A stretch of 63,998 nucleotides of DNA, the filler included, from Octopus bimaculoides (taxonomy: Eukaryota), in assembly GCF_001194135.2 (NCBI RefSeq). It is 5 parts of 5 records of this genome, joined end to end, with 100 filler letters (N's around TTAATTAATTAA, not from the genome) between each part and the next. Parts side by side here need not be neighbours in the genome. Positions count along the whole stretch, not along the records: positions 20,641 to 46,781 come from NC_068981.1; 4 more parts are not named here. The stretch is one strand, 5' to 3'. The translations under genes and the position numbers were made by a program. Positions 26,900-39,167 of this stretch are shown in pieces. Numbering within the stretch: position 1 is the stretch's first letter; each line of letters starts with the position of its first letter. Under the pieces are notes generated by a model. It had not been told where the DNA came from, did not search any database, and worked only from the letters and a program-made list of their open reading frames with translations.

Positions 26900-28300
26900 A
26901 CTGATCGAGCATGCTTGGTGAGGAGAGTGGTAGTTGGACACCCTGCAGGAAGAAAATCTACACACATTAAAGGGTGGATGAACTCGTGGGAGTCAACAGC
27001 CATCCAGTAGAGTGTATATGAGAGTAGGTGTGAACTCTCTGTGCCTTAGTCGGTTACCATCTAGTGACTGTGTCACAATAAAAGTACTGGTGATTGCACA
27101 ACCTTATAAATGGTACCTCAGAATGACTGATGTCAACTTCAAGTAATAATCATAACTGCATTAATGACTGGAACTGTCAACAGGGAGGACATTGCACATG
27201 ACAGGCATGGAATGTCTGATCAAGCTTTGACAAGTTGTCATTAAGCCATTGATCAGGATCAGAATCAAAGACAAAAGTGCAGAGGGAGAAAAATGAAATG
27301 GCAAAAAGAGTTAAACAAGAATGTGATTAAATGTTGGCTGAGAGATGAAGAAAATGAAAAAGAGGAAATTGTTATGTGCCTGAGAATGCTGATGAAAATG
27401 ATCTAACTGGTCAAACAGCAAATATTGCACATTTGTACAACAGGAAATGTTGTACAAGACTCAAACAATGAAGAGAAGATTCCAGAAATGTTGCAAAGTA
27501 AAATGTTTTGTGTGAACAATGAAGTGCCACTAAATGTAAGGTATATTGACGTAAGAAAAGTAAAGATAGCCACTGACAAAGTAAATGGTATGTCAAGCTT
27601 GGTTAAAACAGAGAGCAGTAGTGAAACAAACCAATGTTGTAGCTAAACTAATAGGATTCAACCAGAAGACTGTTGAGGAAAATAAGGGGAATGGAAAGAA
27701 AGAACCAAACTGGAGGAAGAGAATGTGAAGAAAGAACTGGGGCTATTGAATAGAATAATGAGAGGAGAGCTCAAGAATAAGGTAGTAGTCAGAAAACAGA
27801 ATGGACAGTATATGTTAGTAGAAAGGGGAATGCAAACAGTACATGAAGAATTGTCACAAAGAGATGATGAAGATGGGAGAACAACATTAGGAAGTGATTC
27901 CTGATGCAAAAGAAAGTAAAGTATTTGTGGGGAGAACTTTGGAACAGGCTAGTGTACATGAAACAAGTGCAGAATGGCTAATACAGAGAGACAACTTGCA
28001 ACTGTACCAAGACAAAAAGATGTCAGAATTGATTTGTATTCAGTGTGACTGAAGTTTTAAAAAAATGCTAAATTAGAAATGACCTGGTCTGGATGGAGTA
28101 CAAGGTTATTGGCTGAAAACTTTTACACAGTTGCATGAAAGGATCACTGCACACCTGGATGGATGCATGCAGCAGAGTCATGTCCCTACATGGATGACAA
28201 GTGGACCAATGTTATGCCAAAAGATTACCAGAAAGGTTTTGTGCACTTGAAAGTTTATTGAAAGCTTGTGAATATCTAAGGTTATAGGCAGTAACCCGCT
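26900..28300 (+). mobile_element. Highly degraded R4/Dong-like non-LTR retrotransposon fragment
   Basis: Remnant peptides KELNKNVIKCWL and PGLDGVQGYWLKTFTQLHERI..HL..C.....VP.WMT.G; multiple stops and frameshifts. The clade call is tentative. Confidence 0.6.
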
Positions 28301-28949
28301 ACCCACATAAATTCTACCAGAAATAAGAGCAAACCTGAGTCAAATTGAATAATGACAAGAGCACTCAGCACAAACCTCAGCCAAAGCAACACCAACATCC
28401 TCTCAATGATTAACTAGAGATGATTTTTTAAATGAGAATATCTGAAATAAAATCAACTGCTCTGACAAACGAGAATACTAAAAACAAACCGGATCGCTCT
28501 CAAATGGAAAAATAATCCATATACCTTCTCTGGTACCTGATCGAACCCAATGGGAGTCATGGAATGTGCAGGCTGTGTTTGTAATGGTGTGTGTGTGTCA
28601 TCTGGGTAATAAAAATATTTGCATGACTTGAGTGCATACATGTCAATAAGTCTTTGAGAGTCACTATGTAAAAGTTTTGGAAACACTGGTTAAAATGCAA
28701 CAGGAACTTAAGGAGTGCAAAAGCCAATTAATGACATTTGAAGTGTGAGTATATGTGTGTGTAAAAGCTCTTTTACACACACATATACTCACACTTCAGG
28801 CATGTTTGCATACATGTGTGTGTGTGTGTACAATGGACATGGGATTGTAATGTTCAATGCTGAAAATGTGTGTGTATGTATGTGCATGTACAAGAGAACT
28901 ATGTGAAATTTTACATATACATGTAAAGTAAAAAAACAGGGAAAAATAA

Positions 28950-29135
28950 TTCAGAATCCTTGTCCGGTACCGGATTGATCTCAAAATCTAATCAGTCTGT
29001 GCCAGTCATGAGACTAAACATCCCTGAAAGTTTCATCTGAATCCATCCAGTGGTTCTTGAGATATCTTGTCCACGGACTAACAAACAAACACGACTGAAA
29101 ACAATACCTCCACCTTCACTAAGTCGGAGGTAATA
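28950..29135 (+). mobile_element. Helentron-associated (DINE-like) short element remnant
   Basis: aaagtttcatctgaatccatccagtggttcttgagatatc core, (CAAA)n tract and terminal CCTCC..GGAGG hairpin. Confidence 0.45.
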
Positions 29136-29480
29136 ATTGTTTTAAATAATTAAATTGCTTATAAATATCACAAAACAAATGGGAATTTGACATTTTAATT
29201 AAGTTCTTAATGAAGAATATTTGAGGAGAATTTGGTTCCAATTTTCTAATTTTTTAAAAATAATTGCATCATATTGTTAAAAATAATTGTATTGTATCAG
29301 GCCTTTAAGAATGAAATGTCAGATTTTGAACTGAAAGTTTATTTTNNNNNNNNNNACAAAACAAATGGGAATTTGACATTTTAATTAAGTTCTTAATGAA
29401 GAATATTTGAGGAGAATTTGGTTCCAATTTTCTAATTTTTTAAAAATAATTGCATCATATTGTTAAAAATAATTGTATTG

Positions 29481-30764
29481 TATCAGGCCTTTAAGAATGA
29501 AATGTCAGATTTTGAACTGAAAGTTTATTTTACTTTACCTCAACAAAAGAGCATTGCAGTTAATTAAAGTATGCACCTAAATTATCAACACAATTTTGCC
29601 ATTTTATCGGTGGCTTATTTATTCTGGCAGGGAAGAATTCTGGAGAGCAAGAGGTGATGAAATCATGAAAGGCTGTTTTTGCATCTTTTTCAAATTTGAA
29701 GTTTTTTCCTTGCAAAATGTTTGTTGTCTAATGCCTGGAAAACATGATAGCCAGTTGGCGCAAGGTCTGGTGAATATGGTGGATGAAAGAGTACTTCCAA
29801 GTTCAGTTCTTATACTTTGAGTAGCATTCTTTGTACATGTGGTCAAGCATTGTCTTGCAAAAGAATTGGCCTGTCTGTATTGACCAATCTTGGTTGTTTA
29901 ATTGCAAGTTCACTCATCATTTCATCCAATTGGTTGGTGTATACCTCAGCTGTAATTGACCTACCAGGTCTCATGAAGCTGTAGTGGATGGCACCAGTGC
30001 TGGACTACCAAACAGATACCATTAGCCTTTTCTGGTGAATCTTCTTTTTTGGATTGTGTTTTGGCACTTCGTCTCTATTCAACAACTGTGCAGAATGCTT
30101 GCTATTGTTGAAAATAATCCATTTTTCACCACACAATGCAATACAATGCAAAAATGGTTCACTTTTATGACATGACAGAAAAGAACAGCAAGTTTCAAGA
30201 AGACATGATGCTCATTCAGTTCATGTGGTACTGACTTGTCCAGCTTCTTTATCTTGCTGATTTGTTTCAGATGGTCCAATTTTGTTGGAATCGAAACATC
30301 AAACCTTGCTGCTAACTTGCACATAGTTTGAGATGTATCTGCTTCCACTACAGTTTCCAGCTCATCATTATCCACCTTGGCCTTAGGTCTATCACAGGGC
30401 TGATTTTCAAGAGTAAAGTCACCAGAGTGGAACTTCTCAAACCTTTGATGTATAGTGCGCTCATTCGTCACATCTTCACCAAACACCTCATTGATGTTTC
30501 GAGCTGTCTGGGATGCATTGGTTCCATGACAGAACTCATATTCATAAAGAACATGAATTTTTGATTTATCCATGGGTTCACAAAAAATTATTTACAAGAG
30601 AAAACTCACTATATAATCAGACTCCATGAATTGCGTTTCAAAAAGTAATGATGTAACTCTTGAATGTTGTAAAACAAAGAATTGTCAGGATAAAACATTA
30701 GAGTTATCAACTGTCAAACTTGGTGCATAAGAAAATCGGACATTTCATTCTTAATGACCTGATA
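29481..30764 (-). mobile_element. Full-length (1284 bp) dead mariner, Hsmar1/cecropia-like transposase
   Basis: Inverted termini TATCAGGYCWTTAAGAATGAAATGTC(A/C)GATTTT with TA ends. The ORF remnant MDKSKI..YEF..GTNASQTARNINEVFG..KIKKLDK.VPHELNE continues in fragments through the DDD region with frameshifts. Confidence 0.9.
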
Positions 30765-30916
30765 TATTATTTGATCATTTTTTTAAAATGTTTGTCACAG
30801 AATGCACAATCCATTAGTACAAAAATATTTTAAGTTACTTTATAGTTTCATAAAGAGAATATTTTCTTTTATTTCAAAAAATAAATAAAGCTGTAAACTA
30901 TTTCATCTTATCTTAG

Positions 30917-31109
30917 CAGGGACCAAATCTGCGAACCTGTTTGTACACAAGGATGTGTTCATGGTATTTGTACAAGTCCTAACCAATGTAAATGTAATTT
31001 TGGATGGGTTGGCAGCAACTGTTCTGTGGAATGTTCCTGTAATTCTCACAGTGAGTGTAAAAGTGAAAAGGATACTGGTAATTGTTTAGGATGTCTTCAT
31101 AATACAATG
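30917..31109 (+). CDS. MEGF8: MEGF8-like internal exon (EGF + start of laminin-EGF): (R)DQICEPVCTQGCVHGICTSPNQCKCNFGWVGSNCSVECSCNSHSECKSEKDTGNCLGCLHNTM
   Basis: Pyrimidine tract and NAGNAG acceptor (tag|cag|G; exon may start at 30917 or 30920), donor gtgag at 31110. Cys spacing follows the C-terminal C-x-PVC-x-QGCV-x-G-x-C...C-x-CN-x-HSEC block as I recall it from vertebrate MEGF8. Phase 0 joins the next exon. Confidence 0.9.
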
Positions 31110-31959
31110 GTGAGAAAATTTTAATTAGTTATTGGTACATTTAAAAAAAGGTAATTGATTGGCTGTTATATAATTAATGACTTTTTTGTTCCATGATTCT
31201 GACATTTTCATGGTACAGCTATAACCTTCATCCACAACGTAAGCAAGTGAAAGATGAAAATGTTGCATCAACTAAGAGTTAATCTTATATGGTGGGAAAA
31301 AGGTTGCATAAGTGTTTGTGCCAAATGGAGAAAAAACAAAACCCAAAAACTTTTTTCTTATGGGTAATTTTTATACATATTTTCATTTTAAATAAGTACA
31401 AACACTTTCTTTGGTTATAAAAGTAATGACAAAAAAGCAATAAAAAAATGTTAGGTTCCTAAATTTAATATTTTTTAAGAGTATGAAACTCCTTGAAGCA
31501 TTCCAAGTAAAATGGAATTGCATTTATTTGTCATTTTCACTTCTTTCTTTGGGATGTTTGTGTGCATACATAATATTGTCTTTGGCTTGTTTGTCCTGCA
31601 TTATTTGCAGGTAAATTCTCCAAGAATTGATGGGAAATAAATGTCTAAGTGGCAAGTTGATCTGGATGATCCTGTGTCTTATTAAACAAAGTTCAACAAA
31701 TTCATTCATATTTATGAAATGAAGGAGATTGGATATTAAAATGGATTTTAGTTTGTATATTCCTATGCAATTGTTTCTTGCAAATGGACCAAGATATTCA
31801 TAAACAGAACATCATAATGGTCAAATTTGTATTCTTCAGTAGGTAATATTTCAAGGAAAATAAAAAGACATTTAAAATATACATAGATTTTTTTCTTAGT
31901 TATCATCTTAGGAGATTTATATATTCATTCTTCCAGTCACGCTTATTTGAATCTAGATT

Positions 31960-33600
31960 TTGGGTGATGCATGTTCTTAGAAGTTAGTAGTTTTCTTGTC
32001 TTCCTGTCCTGGCATTGAAGCTCTGTAAGATTCCAGCTAATGATGTTAAAACTATATTGAACTACTGGAAGTGCCAGGGTGTTAATGGCTTCGATGTGAT
32101 TTTTTCGAGTTGAGTTCAGTTTTTAGTATGAGTCTTATTCTCCTGTAATATTCCTTTCTTATTTTTTCCTTCATGGTAGCATGTTGTATACCATCTCTTT
32201 CATTTATCCCCAGGTATTTGTAATTTTCTTGTGGGTCAGGCGTCGGTATCTAATTTCATGGAAGATGTTTGCCTGAGCTTACTTCTTATGAAAGTTGGTT
32301 TAGTATACTTATCAAGACCAAAGTCCATCCTGATGTCATTACTGAATTCTTTAACAGATGTAAGCAACCCTGCTAGCTCTTTGTCAATATCTCAAGGGCC
32401 TTGAGTATCCAATTATGTGGGACACTACCAAACACTTTCTTGTGGTCAATCCATGCATACTCAGGTTCTTTTTGCTCCGTCAATTTTCTGCAATCATTTT
32501 CTTTATGAGTAATTGATCTTTGCACCTATAAGAATTCTTTTTATAGCCTTTTTGAGCTTGTGGAAGGATAGATCTCTATTCAAGGAAAGCGTATATTCTG
32601 TCAGTTAATATGAATGTGAGTATCTTGTAAGTGATGTTGAGACATGTTATTGGTCGGTAGTTCTTTGGATTTTTTGTGTCTTCAGTTTTTGGTAGAAGAT
32701 ACGTTGTTCTTTCAGTCAGCAAGGCAGGTATTTGCTCTGGGTTTTGGATGACATCAGTCATGCAGCAAAATTTTGGTGTACTTCTGTCAGACAATTTCGC
32801 CAGAAGTTAAGAATTCGGTCCAGTCCTGGGGTTTACCATTTGTGACACTTCCTAAGAATACATCTTAGCTCTTCTGTTCCTATTGCCTCCAATTTTTGCT
32901 CTTCAACTTCATACAGTCTAATTCTGTCCAGTCAGCTTTATCATTATATTCTTTTTTGTTGTTCCATTTCCACAGTCTTGGGTGTTTCCTTTATTTCTAT
33001 CTTACTTTTGCCAATTTCCCTACAAAATTTCTTTGCATCCATCTTGAATATCTTGTTTTGTTGATATTTGATTATTTTCTCATACCTTCTAAACCGTTGG
33101 GCTTTCAGTTGTATTCATTGTTTCAATTGTTCCTTGGTTGCAGGGAGGTTTATAAAATCAAAGATTTTATAATTTTGCTAGATTTTTCTACCTCATTTCA
33201 TCTCAAAATTTAGTCCTCTAGCAGCTTCATTGAGAACATCCATCCACTGAGATTCGATCTCTTTTTGTATTGCTACTTTCCACTTAGGTCTATTGACATG
33301 GTTGGTCCTTTTCTGTGTCGTCCTGATACCTAGTTGAGCAGTTACGACTTTAGCAGTGGAATAGATAAGGTTATTTAAGGTTGTTAGGTCATTTCTCTTA
33401 TTACTTAAGATCTGTGTAAGAGCAACATTATATATCATGATTATGTTGTTGTTTTTTTGTTTTTCAAGAACTTTGACAGTGGTTCTCTATTAATGATGTC
33501 AGTAAACTCAGTCTTGCTGAATTCTTTGATGATATCTTCTTTTGCTTCTATGATCTTCTCTTTATTATTAACCTCAAATTCTGTGTCGTACCTATTCTGG
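31960..33600 (-). mobile_element. Degenerate R4/Dong-like non-LTR retrotransposon (RT region)
   Basis: T.LLPKT.DTKNPKNYRPITCLN..YKILT, QKG.K..SY.CKDQLLI, AWIDHKKVF.SVPH.WI and LALPVVQYSFN remnants. Confidence 0.8.
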
Positions 33601-33609
33601 TGCTCTTGA

Positions 33610-34405
33610 GTTGTGAGTTTATGTTGGATGTGACAAAAGAGGGAATCATTCAATCCATGCAAAGTGCTTTCTAAACAAGTTAAAACATCAGAGGCTGGAA
33701 TGCTCTGGTTTTTCTCTGATGAGAAAAGCTTCACTCAGGACCAAAAGGTAAACTGAAGATAGTTATGCAAAGACCTGAATGAGGTATCAATGGTCATACA
33801 TATTAAGTTCCCAGCAACTGTGAAAGTCTTGAGAATCAGCAATGAGGGAAGTGTTATGCTCTTCATTTTTTTTCACAGGACATAAGAGTGAATGTCGCTA
33901 TCTACATAGGGGCATTGGAGAAAATTGTTGGGCCCTAGATAGACAAAGTATGCAATGGAAGACCATACTTCCTAAAACAAAACTCTGAGCTGTCTCATAA
34001 GACAACACAAGCATGGATGCATGCCAATCTTCATTCTCATGTCCTCTCAGACAGCTGGCCTCGGAGTTCACCAGGCCTCAACCCACTGGATTATTATATG
34101 TATAGAGCATAGTGAAGCAAGAGGTCAGTCAACATCTTCATAACACCATACAATCTCTCAAGTCTGTCTTAACCGACACTATGTCCAGCATTGATAAAGA
34201 ACTTCTGATTCAGCCATGTCAATGCTTCTGACCCTGTATTGAAGCATCCATTGATGTTAATGATGGATTCATTGAATGGGTATGATAAAAGGATTCTCAA
34301 AATGAATTGTACCAACTTGTTTTCAAATAAAACTTTTCTTTGATGAGCTATATGTCTTTTTCTAAATTCATATGAATGACCTAAAAAAACTGACACACCC
34401 TTATG
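33610..34405 (+). mobile_element. Tc1/mariner DD37D (maT-like) transposase relic
   Basis: WFFSDEK.FTQDQKVN, H.KFPATV.VL, C.GRPY..QNS...HKTTQAWM and WP.SSP.LNPLDY remnants. Confidence 0.7.
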
Positions 34406-35325
34406 TTTATACACACACATGCTTTGAACTTAATGACAAATAAAAAAAAGTAGACTGATGAAATAGGTAACAGATTAAAATAAGCACCAGGACTGATATC
34501 ATTAGTTAAATCCCTTAAATGTAGTGTTGATGCATGGCTGTAATTCAGTTACAGAAACCAGTAGAATAGTAAAAGAATATATACAAAATATTTTCCTCCA
34601 GTCACAAATATATGTTTAATAGCACTTAAATTAAATAAGTTCATAGTGTATGTACAGCCATACCAGGTTAGTTAAGAAGTTCACTTCCCAACTATATGGC
34701 TTTGTGTTCAGTTCCATTGTGTGGTACCTTTGGCAAGTGTCTTCTACTATGAGCCCTGAACTAACCGAAGTCTTGTACATGAATTTCTTCTATGGAAACT
34801 GAAAGAAACTCAGCTTACATTTATGTATATATAGGGGTCTACACATGTTTCTGTGTTCTTGTCTTGACACTACATGATAGTTCTAAATGAGCCTCTCCAT
34901 CACACAAGCAGTGTCTCTCATTTTCAGTCTTCTCAGAAAACATCTCTAGCTATTGGAAAATATTTCCTTGCTTGGAAACAAGTAAGGATTAGTGGACAAG
35001 AAGGGCATCTGGCTATAAATAAAAACCTCTCCAAATGAAGTAAATGTGCTCCATGCATGTATGGAAAAGCAGACATTAAAATGGTGATGAAGTTGATATT
35101 AATGTTCTGTATCTCTTATATTCACTGACTTTTGGAACTTATTTAACTGGATTTTTTTAGTACTGTATATTATGCATATCATATGCACAATGTGTGCTAC
35201 CATCGTACATAGCTTATGATGGAATTATTTTGATATTCTTTTAACATGCTTACATATTTTCCATTTTAATGAAAATTTTCACAGTACACAAAAGTAAATT
35301 AAATCATTTTAATTTCATTTCATAG

Positions 35326-35457
35326 GGTGATAATTGCGAGAAGTGCATATCTAACTATGTAGGTGATCCTCGAAATGGAGGTACATGCATATCTTGTTTT
35401 ATTTATTGCAATAACCATACCAAAAATTGCACGGAAGTTAAAGGAAAAGATCATGAT
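35326..35457 (+). CDS. MEGF8: MEGF8-like exon: GDNCEKCISNYVGDPRNGGTCISCFIYCNNHTKNCTEVKGKDHD
   Basis: tttcatag acceptor, gtaagt donor at 35458; 132 nt, phase 0/0. Laminin-EGF G-x-x-CE-x-C...Y-x-GDP-x-x-GG-x-C motif, in frame with both neighbouring exons. Confidence 0.92.
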
Positions 35458-37604
35458 GTAAGTTATAAATATATTTTCCTGTTGTTTTGTTATGGGGTAA
35501 TCATTGATTTAAAGTTTGTTACAATTGAATGTATTCTTAAATTAAATTCAATGTCACTTTGCTCATAAAATAATTTGTGTTAGTCTTGTTTATTATACAG
35601 TAAGATCAACATACAGATTACTTATACCAAATGTTCAATGAAAAAATTTGCTTAAACTAAAAATCTGTTTGCTGAGATTTTCCTGGCTAACTTTAAATTA
35701 AGATTATCAACTCATTGTATGTAAGTAAAAGAGCAAAATCAAATTATGATGACCTCTTGTTGTTCATTAATATTCTATTTCTACTTTATTGTTGAATAGT
35801 GTAATTTTGGAATAATGTTAGGTTTTGGACTGATCAAAAGTAATTTTCCAAATGTCATTACACTATCAGAATGGCAGAATATCATATTTCTAATGATTGC
35901 TGAGTTTGATTTGTTTGCAAGCAACTTTGGAAGAAGTTTGGCATTTGGCTTTTATGACTTTAGGAAAATATCTAATATTTTCGAAATTAACTACTTGAAG
36001 TTTTTTTGTTTTTTTTAATTTGTAGTATCATATTGAAATGAAAACTGTGACTGATTACTATTCTGTTTATTTCCAATCATTCATCAATATTTTGGTTTGT
36101 TTAGGGATCACTTGATTACTAGAAGTGTAAAATTTTATCCTCTATAGAGTTGCAATGAAAATAAAAGAATTTCAGCAATTTTTATACTAATAAAAACTGG
36201 CAATTGGTAAAGCTGTAAAAAAAAATGTTTTGTGGTTAATCATTGACATTTGAGTTAAGTAATCAATGAAATTTTTGCTGATAGGATTTCTTTCACTTGC
36301 TGTTGGACTTTTGAGAAATGAAAACATGATATGAAATAGATTAACTTACATTGTGTAAGCCATCCTGCAAGCTATTTCAAAATATTTTGATGAAATATAT
36401 TTTTTTCTTTTTTTAGAAGTTATAAAATACACAATCTATAACTTTAAAATATAGGCATCACTAGTATCCTATTTTTTGTAATGTGTTCAAAGCCTTCCTT
36501 GTATATGTATAGAAAACCACATGAAGTGTATACCTATTCTTTAGGTGTGTTTCATCATCATAACTATTGAATCATTCTATTCGTTGCATGCTGCTTGAAT
36601 AATTGTACAAGACATCCAAGTAAAAAAACCTAGCATATTACTGTTCAATCATATACTCTGTCAAAACTGAATACCTCGATTTTTGTCTTGTCAATACAAA
36701 CTTGATTGTTTTATTTTTTCTTGTTTTTTTTTTTAGAATGATTTTAACTACTTTAGCTTTGAGGTACCTTTTACATAAAAGATATCAAACAATTTTTCAA
36801 AAATTATAAAGTGTTTGTATTTAGTAATAGTGTTTACTGTCAAATCTGCAACAGAGATGTGACTCACTGAATTCTATTAAACCACCCAAGCCATATTAGC
36901 ATGGAAATCAGATATAAAATAAGAATAATAATGATGCTTATATTTTAAACTTACAGATTTTGTATTTTATAAGTTTTTGAAAGAAAATATACATTTACTC
37001 AAAACATTTTTAAATAACTTGTAGGATAGCTTAAGAAATTAAATGTAATAATATTGAATTAATTTTTGCTGAAATTGCATTTAGCTTCATTTTGAAAGAA
37101 AACAAATTTCAATTTCAGTTCTATTTTGACCAAACTATTGCAGTGTACATTACTAAGCCTTAATGCTCTTTTCAACATAACCTATATCTGTGCACATTTT
37201 CTTTTACTGAAGGCATTGTCAGTGATGACTCATAACCATGAATTCTGTTTCATACTTGCACATATTGTACTGGAGATGCTTTATTTAATAGTCTATATTC
37301 TAAAGTTAAATAATGTAAATTGATTTCACAGGTGTAGATAAATCTAGATGATATAAATTTTTCTTGGTAATTTCAGGAGTAATTTTTTCAGAGCTTTCCT
37401 TTATCCATTTCAATCTTAGTGCCATGTAGTGCTGTTGTTATTTAGTCCCAGACCAACCTTCACTCACAAAAATGTATGACCAAAGTTTTTCCAGTCAATA
37501 TCTTTCCATTATTTTCTTGGGTATTAGATATTTAGAACTACATTGTGTCCCTTTTAAAGGTAGTATGATACAATGTAAAGTAGATCTGATTGCTATATCT
37601 TTGA

Positions 37605-37832
37605 TTAACCCTTTCGATACCAACCTGGCTGACACTGCCTCTGGCTCTGTAGTACAAATGTCTTATTTTCTTGAGTTTTGAATTAAAACCTTCCACCAAA
37701 TCTTTATCATAATTTATGTTCCTAACACTAGCTTAATGCTATCTAAGTTATATTACTAAATTCTTTGTTCTATTTAAAATTAATTCAAAGAAACAGAGCC
37801 TCTCAAAATATATATGGTAATGAAAGGATTAA
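37605..37832. mobile_element. piggyBac-like MITE
   Basis: TTAA-CCCTTTCGATACC ... GGTAATGAAAGGA-TTAA termini. Confidence 0.7.
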
Positions 37833-38156
37833 GCTGTCATTTATAGGCTTGTTCTTCAGCTTCTTTCAGATTATGTATTTTTCATAGGAGTGATACTGGT
37901 TGATTAGATTTTCATATGAAAGAAATTTTAAGAGATTAATGAATATTGTATGTATTGCCATTGTCATAATTCTTGCTGTCCTTTCCTTTAAATTGCTGTT
38001 GCAATCTTTCACTTCATTATTGTTTCATCATTATTATTGACTTTAATGCAAAAAGCACCTCCAAAAGTTGTGCAATGCCAATTATATTTTCAAGAATTTA
38101 TGAAAGGTAATGCAATAACTACTTAAAGATTTTTCCCTTTCTCTTCATTTGTGTAG

Positions 38157-38290
38157 GAATATGGGGGTCTTCAAGAGAATCAGGCTGTATGTCAAGACTG
38201 CAAAAACAATACTGAAGGGAAACACTGTGAAAGATGTAAAAAGGGTTACTTTAGATTGGCGGAAGAGAAACTTCACAACATATGCCGACC
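38157..38290 (+). CDS. MEGF8: MEGF8-like exon: EYGGLQENQAVCQDCKNNTEGKHCERCKKGYFRLAEEKLHNICR(P)
   Basis: ctcttcatttgtgtag acceptor, gtgtgt donor at 38291; 134 nt, phase 0/2. Laminin-EGF C-x-x-C-x-NNT-x-G-x-x-CE-x-C-x-x-GYF. The ORF track translates this region in another frame. Confidence 0.9.
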
Positions 38291-38495
38291 GTGTGTTTTC
38301 TTTTTCTGACTTTTTTTGCTTTACAATGCTGCATTTATTTCAATACTTACATTTTATTAATCTAATATAACATTGCAGTATCTAAAATAAGCTCGTTGCA
38401 TATTTTAATTTATTGCAATGTATATCAGCAATTGAAATAAGGAACTGTTGTAGTTGAAATGTTTTATATCTTCTTAATACATTGTTTTATTACAG

Positions 38496-38616
38496 CTGTA
38501 TGTGCAATGGCCATGCCTTTGATTGTGACACAAATTCAGGAACTAGGTGCATCTGCAAGAATAACACTATGACAAAATGTGATAAAGAGAAAAGTGAAGA
38601 TTGCTATAAGAATCAG
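38496..38616 (+). CDS. MEGF8: MEGF8-like exon: CMCNGHAFDCDTNSGTRCICKNNTMTKCDKEKSEDCYKNQ
   Basis: ttttattacag acceptor, gtaagc donor at 38617; 121 nt, phase 2/0 (CC|C = Pro). Matches the recalled MEGF8 C-x-CNGHA-x-x-C...C-x-C-x-NNT...DCYK-x-Q block. No further exon found before the join at 46782. Confidence 0.92.
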
Positions 38617-38620
38617 GTAA

Positions 38621-38680
38621 GCATCATTCAGCATCATTCAGCATCATTCAGCATCATTCAGCATCATTCAGCATCATTCA
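38621..38680 (+). repeat. (GCATCATTCA)x6 minisatellite abutting a MEGF8 5' splice site
   Basis: Six exact 10-mers starting at intron position +5. Confidence 0.95.
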
Positions 38681-39167
38681 TTTGACAATTAATAATAATA
38701 CACTATTTTTTATTTCAGACCATTTGAATTTTTTTACCTTTGAATAAATTCCATGACAATTGTTCCATACTAGCCTTTTCTACCTCCTTCTGTCTTTCTT
38801 TTCAATCTTTTATCTTTTTATATGTTTCTTTGTGTAGCAGAGTGGAATAGTGAGAGAAAGGTAGGGAGTGAGAAACACATGAAGCGAGAGGCACAGACAG
38901 AGAAAGAGAAGAGAAGGAGGGCAAGGTTATAAATGGCATACATTTAAAAACTTGATTTAAAGAGATGACAATCATAGTCTACTGCAACATTCTTTTGTAC
39001 TAAGTAAACACTAATATTTTCCCTTAACTTAAACTATGCAGTTTTGGAAAAGATTACAGATTTGTATTCATAGCCACATTAAATAACATACCAACATATG
39101 TTACTACCATAATGATCACTAAATTTTTTATGTATATTTAGAAGAATTCCATGCATCTAATAATATA

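Noticed and set aside
26448-26912. 154-aa and 114-aa hydrophobic ORFs
   Set aside because: Translation of a degenerate (RTA/GTR)n low-complexity tract.
28500-28640. Cys-containing stretch as an upstream MEGF8 exon
   Set aside because: Stops in all three + frames, no clean splice sites and wrong Cys spacing.
29170-29531. 176-bp exact tandem duplication
   Set aside because: The copies flank a 10-N gap and are identical: an unmerged contig overlap.
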